In this document: positions 12,361 to 22,141 of the stretch, in pieces | Position numbering within the stretch: position 1 is the first letter of the stretch | Layout: each line of letters begins with the position of its first letter | Assembly (NCBI GenBank): GCA_000934665.2 | Contig: KZ537999.1 | Coordinates: forward strand, 1-64,000 | Direction: 5' to 3' | Origin: Catajapyx aquilonaris | Lineage: Eukaryota | Length of the DNA: 64,000 nucleotides | The notes under the pieces: model-generated | Seen by the model: the letters and a program-made list of their open reading frames with translations, nothing else | Told to the model about the DNA's origin: nothing | Database searches by the model: none | Translations under genes and position numbers: made by a program

Positions 12361-15300
12361 TCATTGTAAGGGGTGGTTCGCACCCTGCAAGAGAGATAAC
12401 TGAAATCGGTGCGCCGCAAACACAAAAGGCGCCATTAGCGGCCTGTTCGGATTCATTTCGTTATCTGCGTTTATCCAACTGGACCTCCCCACCATTCGGA
12501 TGTCCGGCCTTGTTTTGGTATCTGGATGGGGATAGAGAAGTGGGGGTGGGCCAAGCCCGGGTGTGTTTGGGGCCTCCCGGATAGTTCTCTCTCTCCCAAC
12601 CCCCCACACCTCCCCATCCCATCCCAAGATCCATGCCCGTGAATATTCGGCACCAAATGGCCCTCGCAAACACCCAACGGCAAAGCTCCCGCGGGGATTT
12701 TGCGCGCCTCAATTTCCTTATGGGATCTGCATATGAACGAGCTGAGCCATTGCTGCTGCCTGTGTACCCGTAATCCTCTGATAAAAAATATTTTATATGA
12801 CCGCCCACGCGTTCTCCACATATCCGAATGTCCGTACCGCGTGTGAGCAAATACAGCAGTTTCTGTGTAATAAACTAGCGGACACTGACCTGGCTGCACC
12901 CATGTCACAATGTCCCGAGGCTTACAGTTCAAGCCCTGTAATCATTACACGACAATACCCACCTGCCCGATGCCAAATTAAAAATTCAGCAAACACCTTC
13001 AAACTCGACATTAATTAACACCCTACTTAAACTCCTCCATACCCCATGAATAATTATTCATGGCTCCAGCTCCGTACTTGTAATTTGTTCGGTACAGTGC
13101 ATATACCCTTCGTGACTCTTTAGCCGGTGTATTCTTAGATTACAACAAGGCTTTTTAGAAAATGTGGCCTGCTCTTTCTCTCTCATTCCAGGAATACATT
13201 ATGCAGCTCCAAATCGATACGTTAAAGGGCACCCTTTTTCGGTCGGATCCGGAAAAAAAGAACCCTCCTTCAAAAAGGCAGGAAATAATTTCGGCGTCAA
13301 CTCTCTTTCCCCCCAAAAAAATGGAGGACATGGTCAATCGAAGTCATCCATAATGAAATGAAGTGACCCCGCCGGCAGAGGGAGGCAGGGCACAGGGGTG
13401 GAGGGTTGCAGTCATTACTAGCATGCGAGCTGCCAGAAAACTGTCAACACACTCTTATTGGTGGGGTGGGCCAGGTTCCCCCCCCCCCACCCAACCTCCG
13501 ACATTTTTTCGCAGTCCTGACATTAGCTGAATAATCAATATCCGGCGAGAGGATGCCTTCACCTGTACTAACCCCGGCTATGAATTATGGCTCCCAACAA
13601 TTGCCTACATGCCACCGCCTTGGTTGGAAAGAAAAAAAAAAAGAAATGGGCGCATCCATTATGATTTATCGGCACTTCCGCGACATTAATTAAAGGCATA
13701 AAAGCAGCCTTTTTAAGGAAAGAAAAACTTGAGCTAAGGACAAAGACATGTTAAAAATCTAGAGGCCCCTAATGTTTCCCATGAGATACGGCCACAAGTT
13801 TTCCGCCACTTCTTTTTTCCCCCCTTTTTCTTTGGAGGGGGGGAGGAAGTGGGGGGAGAGTTCTTCTCCGTCGCGGCGTAATTATCGGATTTAATGAACC
13901 CTAAACCTAGTAAGCCACGGCGAGAGACCGGAGGACCCTTGGGAGCCTGCTTTTCCCGGTCATCCATTGGCAGCGCATTTTCCGCGTCAATATTCATCAG
14001 AAAGAGGATGCTGCCTGCTTCCTCAGGAAAAAAGAGGAGGAGAGGAAGGAAGGTAAGGAAGGAAGAAGAGGGGAGAAAAAAATTTGAGAGGATAGAGCGA
14101 GGATAGGTTGGAAAAAAGCACAAGATAAATTATTGGGGATATGCATTTTCAAACATCCTTTTACATTAGAGAAGTCAAATTCAATATTTTGCAGCCTTTT
14201 TTTACAGTTGTAATAATAAGTAAAGACGATTAATTTATTTGCGGTACTTACCAGCCGTGAAAACTAGCTGTGCAGGTTAGGTGATAACAAATAATATGGC
14301 ATGCGTCCTTCAGCAAATTTTTTCCCCCGTTCGTCTCTCCTGCAAGAGAAAAAAATGCGCATTCTCGTAAGTTATACTTATTGGGTTACGGTTACCTACA
14401 ATATCATTCGGAGAAAACTAGAGTCGACTTATTTCCAGCTATAACTTTCATCTTTACGATAAATAACTTACAGGAACTGCAGTGATGAAGCAATCACACA
14501 ATTATTATCACATCTCTGACTTTAAGTACAAAATTAATTGACAGATTATTGACAGTGCATTGCAAAGCTTAAACCGCATGCAGTTCTTTCGATGTACGTA
14601 AGATTATTATTTTGTGATGTCTGCAAGGTTCTCACAATTCTAATTAGAAGCATAAAAATTAATAATTAATAATAAGAATAAGGCACGGGTAATATATCCA
14701 TATTGTACAGTAGGCAACGTGCACAAAGGGATATGACGACACATTATGATGCAACCGCAAACCAGTTTTCATAATTGCGAGTTCAATAATAATTATAAGT
14801 GATATTGCAGGCCGTTTACCAATAAAATTTATTGCCTCATAAGAAGTGCTACTGTTGGCATTAGACGTGAAATAAGTGACAGTTAAAGTTATCGGTCTCT
14901 TCAACACATTACACAAGGTTATAAACTTATAATTATGCCATCTTTCACCCTTGATCAAACGGAAAATTACCCCTGTATATACAATCTTCCTCTCGCAACA
15001 TGGACCGACCAACTCTATAAAGAGGCTAAGAGGGTGCAACCTCAGCACCATAGATTGAACATCTTGGAACAGTCTCCGTCCTGGCTGATGGACAAGGGCC
15101 ACCGACATACCAGGTGTTGGTATCTGGTTGGTATATACGTACTTTAGGAAGTTCAAAAACACACCAGACGACTATTTGCATTTTTTGAGAGGTACTTTGC
15201 TACCATCTGGGAGCGCAAGACCATGTAAATGCATTGTCGAGTACACTGGACCAGACAAGGTTTTTTTTGTTTTTTTTTTTTTTGCTGGTCTAGCTAATGG

Positions 15301-16315
15301 ACGAGGTGTGCCTACATACTGAAAATGAGATACTTTGGCCTCAAAAATTGATATTGCTGGAGGAATGTGGTGGCTGACGTTCAGGGCTGCGATCCCTTGG
15401 TAAGAACGGCTGTCATGTCCTATATACGTAGAATGAGAAAAACTGATGGTTTTGACAGATTTTTCTGAGCCTTCGGGGTCAAAAGAAAGTAATCTAAAAC
15501 AATTATTGTTGTTGAGACAGTTCCTTCCGAATCTTGCTATAGGCAGTCAGACGGAGGATGAGGACAGGTTGGGCCCTCCTGCCCCCCCCCCNCCCCCCCC
15601 CCCCCAACCTGAACCCTGGCTACGCCCATGCAGAGGTGTATCAAGTCGCTGCCGATTTCCCAATAACCACTTATCGGCATTGATAAGGCCATAAATTCAT
15701 ATCAAGTCTTTCATGCGTTATGAAACATGCAGGAGAAAATGTTGCACATGAAAGGTTGCATGAAATAAGAGGTTGAACCCGTCGTCTAATAAAGAGTGTA
15801 TATACACATATTTGGGTTTAGCAACTTGTTTATTTTGAAATCTAAACGTTACACAATGAGATATAGGCTGAACATTTTTCCGCGGTACACGTCGTCGGTC
15901 CAGAGTTGTCATGTGGCAATTTCACAATTTCTACAATAGTTTGCAGTTATGGTAATTTTTAGTAATGACATAAGTATAGATAATCACTAAGAACTTACAC
16001 AAATGAGATGTAGATGCACTGCATTGACCGTTTTCATGGTTTACATATCAAACTGGAATCATTGCCACTGTAGTATACATGACAGTGACAAATCCCTTGC
16101 TATATTGTCGTCCCCCATACATTTCCTACTTTTTCAGATCACGAAACAAGTTCGCTGCATTGAATCGCGTTTCACTGGATCAGATTCTCCGTGTAAGTTG
16201 TTGTCATTCTTACAGATGATTAGAAATTACGTATATGAACCAGAATGATGCTTCAGGTTTCGGGTTTCAATTAATATATATTATCTGGTATTTTGTCGTA
16301 CAGTTCTACTGCAGA

Positions 16316-17407
16316 CTACATTTTCAGGTCCGTTACGCTCTTTTCAATGCATATTTCTTTAGCTTTCGCAATGGCTACTTTCATTACTGCATTAAACAGC
16401 GTGAGGAATAGTTTAAAACGACACAGGTTGCACATTGCAAAAGAAAATAATTTGAAATAGATTCTGGAATACCACGAAACGTGTGCAGAAAATGACGACA
16501 GAATATTTTTTAATCCCACAACCCAAAGTGTGATCAGAGCAACGCTTTCAAAGGAACACCCCATACGGAACAATAAGGAGATTTTCCTGCCGCCGTTCAC
16601 CATCACTCTCAGGTAATACTCATTTTCTCTGGTGAAGTTTCTCATGTTGGGTTGAAATACCTTGTCCACAGCCTCCTGGCAAATCGCTTTTGTCTGATTT
16701 AGAGTGCCCGAAAATGGATTGAAGTGATCCTCTACGCCCATGTGATAACACAACACCATCCAAAAATAAACATAGTCTCCAATCTCCTCATCTGTGGCGC
16801 CATGTACGCCCATCTTCTCCGGACACAACACTAGAGGATACACCATCAGGACTGCTGTCATACTCAGGTCCAATTGACTCATGTATGGACACCCATCCTG
16901 CAGCTTGATTGGACACGGAGGTAACGTGTCCCTGATGTGTTCATTTAATCGACACTTCTCCCACAGCTGAGGCTCCTTGGACGTGTCTATCTTGGCTGCC
17001 TCTACCTTTGACCTGCTCTTGTTGGCGAAGATGCCCAACCTGCGATGCATCTCTTGCACGTGTTTCATGCTTCGATACGCCTCGTCCTTTGGGTCCCACA
17101 TGTCACCTTTGATCCAGGTTGAGGCATGCACCAGAGTGGTCACCAGCAACCGCAGCAATGTCTTCGGACACTCGTACTTTTTGTAGAACATCAGCACCTG
17201 GTGTGTGGGTTGCCAGAGGAAGTTGGTAGTTGCGCCCATGCACGCAGACAACATGACGCCAAACAAGTATCTCTGTGCAAAAGCCTGCCCCTTCCGAAAC
17301 CTCTCCTTGTCCAGCCAAGGAGGAGGCTGGTCCACAGATTGGACTTGGGTGTAAGGCTTGTCTGCTCCCACTCTAAGAAGCTGCTTTAGGGTTATAGGTC
17401 CTGCCAT
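16316..17407 (-). CDS. DUF2236 / oxygenase MpaB-like (Lcp/rubber-oxygenase catalytic fold) family protein, arthropod type, paralog 1; 363 aa, single coding exon
   Basis: Long uninterrupted ORF; the ATG at 17407 is in ACCATGG Kozak context (the ORF track starts 2 codons earlier at a TTG). Family-like motifs: PPPWLDKERFRKGQAF, TLVHxxxWxxGDMWDP, SMKHVQEMH (putative heme His), SQLDLSMT, GATDEEIGDYVYFWxVLCYHMGVEDHFNPFSG, and a hydrophobic C-terminus. A paralog lies 3 kb away. Confidence 0.85.
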   Translation of the reverse strand: MAGPITLKQLLRVGADKPYTQVQSVDQPPPWLDKERFRKGQAFAQRYLFGVMLSACMGATTNFLWQPTHQVLMFYKKYECPKTLLRLLVTTLVHASTWIKGDMWDPKDEAYRSMKHVQEMHRRLGIFANKSRSKVEAAKIDTSKEPQLWEKCRLNEHIRDTLPPCPIKLQDGCPYMSQLDLSMTAVLMVYPLVLCPEKMGVHGATDEEIGDYVYFWMVLCYHMGVEDHFNPFSGTLNQTKAICQEAVDKVFQPNMRNFTRENEYYLRVMVNGGRKISLLFRMGCSFESVALITLWVVGLKNILSSFSAHVSWYSRIYFKLFSFAMCNLCRFKLFLTLFNAVMKVAIAKAKEICIEKSVTDLKM

Positions 17408-17486
17408 GGTCAACCAAGGACGAATGAGGGTATAACTCTCTACTGGCTAAGAGTTGTTCAAGATGTGAAGAGTCGTGTTGAGCTAG

Positions 17487-17493
17487 TTATATA
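17487..17493 (-). promoter_or_regulatory. Possible TATA box of paralog 1
   Basis: TATATAA on the minus strand about 80 bp upstream of the ATG at 17407; supported by position only. Confidence 0.25.
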
Positions 17494-18361
17494 CTTTATT
17501 GCCTATTGCAATTAGGCAACGAAATTGTGTCTATTACATAAGAGGACAGTAATTCTGATGTAGTGGATGATACATTTGACAAAGAAAAAGTAACTAAGTT
17601 TACCTAATCACGTGTCACAGGCTATAGCTCATGCTGAGCAGTATAATATGATCTGTTCAACTCACATTATTTTGCTTATTACCATCTCCACTGACTTCAG
17701 CTGATGAGGCAATTACAACTGTGAAGGATAGTATCCACAGTAAATGTTGCGTGCAAATGTATTGGCCAATACTGCTCTTATTCAAATCCACAAGTTACTA
17801 GATTTAATGTCTTTTCAATGACATCTTATATATCCTCACGTTCTATAGTTATTGCGACATTCATGTTAAAGAGGCAGAATTTGTCTGACAAATTACAGTA
17901 GCAGATGCGTATCAGTTCTTTGATTCCATTGTGTTTCTCCATCGCATGTTACTAAATGTGATACATTGTCAGTATTTGGTCAACAGCTTTTTAAAAGGTC
18001 AAAATCATGGCATAGTTGCAACAATGTGAACTGGGACATCTAACTTTGCCACATTATTCTGAACTGATACTAATTTGGTGAATTTTACAAACGAGATAAT
18101 TATAGTCAAAGTTAATGTAAACAAAAAAAGGCACGCTTATTTCCTTTTTGGACTACTACATAGTAATTATGGGACTTCCCAGCCTGTTAAATGGATTGGG
18201 CAAGACTGCTGTTATTAAAATATATGACGTTCAAGTCATCATTATGGTACAAACAAGAATTTCCTCACCTTATTTTTTAAAAGGTCAAATCCCAGGCACA
18301 GTCGCAGCAGCGTGATCTTTCCCAAAGTATAATAATAGCATTTCCACACTGAAATAATATA

Positions 18362-18860
18362 CGAGGGCATCATGCTGATAATTTTTGCCTCCATGCACAT
18401 AGAATTTTAAATACATATCACAGGACAATGAGGGTGACATTAAATGAAGGCCTGAAATATCCTCTTCAAAACCCTATGCTGTATTTACTTTTCTACATAA
18501 CCTCCACCAACAGCAGTCCCCTTGAGCAGACGATGTACTAGTTTCTTCCTCCGGTCGGCGTACAACTCTGGGCTGTGGGAGATGCACCAAGAGCGAACAG
18601 CTTGGCGAACAGTATAGCTTCTACTTCTTTATTGGAACTGCATACCGAATGCCTTTCACGTGTGTCGGCTTCATTTTTGGAGAAGGAAAGAAGTCGCAGG
18701 GCACAAGATAATAATTGCCAGTTATTATCCCTGATGGGGAAGTGCGGGGAAATTGAGTCTTTGGAGGGCATCTGCACTTCTCTGCAGGGTGGATGCGTGT
18801 GTGTGGCCGAGCATTATCATGGTGAACAATGACATCTCTTCCAGGGCGCATACTGTTCAC
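18362..18860 (-). mobile_element. Decayed mariner (Tc1/mariner) transposon, 3' half
   Basis: Frameshifted minus-strand remnants: VIVHHDNARPHT (mariner HDNARPH motif), LVPCDFFPSPKMK (degenerate YSPDLAPxDF.LF motif), and the C-terminus QAVRSWC...ELYADRRKKLVHRLLKGTAVGGGYVEK* with stop at 18485-18487. TA|CGAGGG at 18360-18367 looks like a mariner terminus. Confidence 0.85.
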
Positions 18861-19383
18861 GTGTGCCTAAAACCTCCACAGGGTGCCCACATGCACCTCA
18901 AAATTCACAGTTTAGCAGCAGGCTACCCAAACGATGATGCAACAGGATTTTAATACTGCATATAATGCAGCCAACATCTGAAATGTCAATTTTCATACTC
19001 CACATAGCACTAAAGCATACCACAGGTTTGATTGTGCTTCACTCGACGTACTTGCAGTAATAAACTTCGCAAAAACTTCAGAACTGCATAAAGAAGCTGC
19101 GATGTCAAGAATGATCTCATTACATCAAACACATGGGGATTCCCTTACTGCGAAATCCAGTTTTTGAAAAAACACAGTCAAACAAAATATGTAATACTGT
19201 AATACGCTATACTCTGTACACAATGAATGTAAGTTACATGCAACACAAAATAAGAAACATTCTCCCCGATGTATTTTTATGCATATACGTCATATACGCA
19301 TACATTTTTGAGGTGATGTGCAAAAATCATTATTGTTATTATTCTAAAAATTCGGGATGTTTTTCTGCTTGTTATTTTTAAAA

Positions 19384-20466
19384 CTATAGCATTAAATTTT
19401 TATGGATGCATACCCTTTTAGCACTTGCATTGACTATTCCAGCTAATAAATTAAGTAACAAGACAAATGGCCTGAAACGACACATGTGACACATTGCAAA
19501 CGAAAAAAATTTGAATTGCAGTCTGGAATACCACGGTACATTCGCAGACAATGACGTCAGAACGCTGGTCAATCCTGCAATCCAAAGAGTGACCTGAGCC
19601 ACGAATTCAACGGACCACACAAAACGATTCACAAAAGAAATTTCTCTACATCCATTCGCCATCATTCTCCAGTAATATTCATTTTCTCTGCTAAAGTTTC
19701 TTATGTTGGGTTGAAACACAGTGTCCATTGCTTCTTGACAAAGAGCCCTGGTCTGATTCATCGTGCCCGAAAATGGATTGAAGCGATCGTCTACTCCCAG
19801 GTGGTAACACAACACCCTCCACATATACGCATAGTCACCGATGTCCTCATCTGTGGCGCCATGCACGCCCATCTTCTCCGGACACAACACTAGAGGAGAC
19901 ACCATCAGGACTGCTGTCATACTCAGGTCCAGTTGACTCATGTATGGACACCCATCCTGCAGCTTGAATGGACACGGAGGTAAAGTGTCCCTGATGTGTT
20001 CATTTAATCGACACTTCTCCCACAGCTGAGGCTCCTTGGACGTGTCTATCTTGGCTGCCTCTACCTTTGACCTGCTCTTGTTGGCGAAGATGCCCAACCT
20101 GCGATGCATCTCTTGCACGTGTTTCATGCTTCGATAGGCCTCGTCCTTTGGGTCCCACATGTCACCTTTCAACCAGTTTGATATATGCACCAGAGTGGCC
20201 ACCAGCAACCGCAGCAATGCCTTCGGACACTCGTACTTTTTGTAGAACATAAGCACCTGGTGTGTTGGTTGCCAGAGGAAGTTGGTAGTTGCGCCCATGC
20301 ACGCAGACAACATGACCCCGGACAAGTACCTCTGTGCGAAGGCCTGTCCCCTCCGAAACCTCTCCTTGTCCAGCCAAGAAGGAGGCTGGTCCACAGATTG
20401 GACTTGGGTGTAAGGCTTGTCTGCTCCGTCTCTAAGAAGCTGCTTCAGGGTAATAGGTCCTGCCAT
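19384..20466 (-). CDS. DUF2236 / oxygenase MpaB-like family protein, paralog 2; 360 aa, single coding exon
   Basis: Long uninterrupted ORF; the ATG at 20466 is in ACGATGG context and aligns with the paralog 1 start (MAGPITLKQLLR). Same motifs, including VQEMH, SQLDLSMT and WRVLCYHLGVDDRFNPFSG. Confidence 0.85.
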   Translation of the reverse strand: MAGPITLKQLLRDGADKPYTQVQSVDQPPSWLDKERFRRGQAFAQRYLSGVMLSACMGATTNFLWQPTHQVLMFYKKYECPKALLRLLVATLVHISNWLKGDMWDPKDEAYRSMKHVQEMHRRLGIFANKSRSKVEAAKIDTSKEPQLWEKCRLNEHIRDTLPPCPFKLQDGCPYMSQLDLSMTAVLMVSPLVLCPEKMGVHGATDEDIGDYAYMWRVLCYHLGVDDRFNPFSGTMNQTRALCQEAMDTVFQPNIRNFSRENEYYWRMMANGCREISFVNRFVWSVEFVAQVTLWIAGLTSVLTSLSANVPWYSRLQFKFFSFAMCHMCRFRPFVLLLNLLAGIVNASAKRVCIHKNLML

Positions 20467-22066
20467 CGTGTCCCACGAAGGAATGTGTGCAGGCAACACA
20501 GGCTACAACTCGTCTAAAGTGGTGATGCACTTGACTGTAGAAAACATTCTTTTCAATCTATTTCGATCGCAAGCTTCACCGAGTTGGTAAAAACAAGTAA
20601 GTTAACAAGCTATACAATGTTACTTTTTGACGAGATTGTTTCCCCCCGAGCGTCGTTATGTGGCAGCCAATAGCGAGAGAATAGGTGATGGGGATTATTT
20701 GAAATTTTTTTCTGCTTGTACATTTGGCAATGCAAATATTTTGATCTACATATTTTTTAATTAAAAAGGTTTGTTAATATCACAATGAAATACTGGCCTT
20801 CGCAATGGGCTAGACAGTGAAGCTGCAAGGTGTCGGCAGTATTGTTTTTTGATGTCTCAACAATTCGCAGGAATCCCCCGAGAAGCTCTGCAAGCTATTG
20901 AAAAAGGTGTCGATCTTTTGCAATCCGATCTTATCATACCATTTCTGCAACTTTTGATACAAGAAGTGGATCAACTTGTTGCCAACTGATTTCTCAATAA
21001 CAAGAGTTATCTCCAAGGCCACACGATGTGCCTTTTCATGAGTTCAACTGCATTAAATGCGTTTCATATGAACTAATGAAAGCGGTTTAGAAAATAAACA
21101 TTAGTATATTTTGGCTAATTAACCGCTGACCAAATAAACCCCCAAGGTCAGTCCGTGCAACCCAAACCTTCCTCAATCTCCAAAAAAAACCTCGCGTATA
21201 AAACGCAGGCCAATGATCCGCGATAAAGCGCGTGCGTGCGAGCCTTAATGAATCCCCCCCTCTCTCTTTGCCTTCTCCCCCCCCTCCCACCCTGTATAAA
21301 TATCTTAAATATTTCATTAGCACCCTGGCAAGCGGGGGAGGGGCTATCAGTTTCCGCCACATTAGACGCGACAGGATTATATGGAACGCGCCCAAAGTGT
21401 GTCCTGACATTGACGGAACGCGCTTCCCCAATTGACAAACTACCGGTTTTATATCAAGGTTCGAGAGAGGCTGGGCTTATTACCACGTCACTTGCGACAC
21501 TTTCATTCACTACAAAATCACTTTACTCTTTCCTTACTCTTTTATGTACCCAAGTAAAATAATACATGCTGTAGTTTAAACACGCCGAAAAAGTAAGCGC
21601 AGTCTCTCCCCTTAATAACAACATGCTTATGCTGCAAGTATGCAACATATGCGTGTGCGTACGCTTTTTTTCACAGAGAGTTAATTTGTAGAGAGGGGGG
21701 GGGGTGTTCATAGGTTCAGTTTACGCAGAGCGAGCAACCTCCCTGCCTCCCCCCCACTCCTGGCGAGTTAGCGGCGCGTTTAATTAGAACACTGACACTC
21801 ATTAAATCAACATGTCGTATGGATTGAGGCAAAACCAGGCGCCGATTTTTGCTTCAAACGCAGCGCAATTTCCACTCAATCGGCTTTTTCCACCCCTTAC
21901 TCCCCCCCCCCCCCCCCCCCCCCCCNCTACCTTCCACCCCCTGTAGCCTATGGTGTATGAAAGATGGGAGAAGTACACATAACGTGAATTAAAATAAAAC
22001 ATTATTTTTGATTACAATAGGTACGACATTTATCGGGAGTGAGTTGAACATAGAAACACTTGAATG

Positions 22067-22069
<3 letters not shown>

Positions 22070-22141
<72 letters not shown>
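22070..22141. repeat. (TTA)24 microsatellite
   Basis: Perfect trinucleotide run. Confidence 0.98.

Noticed and set aside
14679..14698. TAAGGCACG resembling the 5' end of miR-124
   Set aside because: Only a 9-nt match and no complementary arm.
20810..21022. Minus-strand ORF upstream of paralog 2 as a possible extra exon
   Set aside because: No similarity to the family or to the region upstream of paralog 1; both paralogs already have aligned Kozak ATGs.
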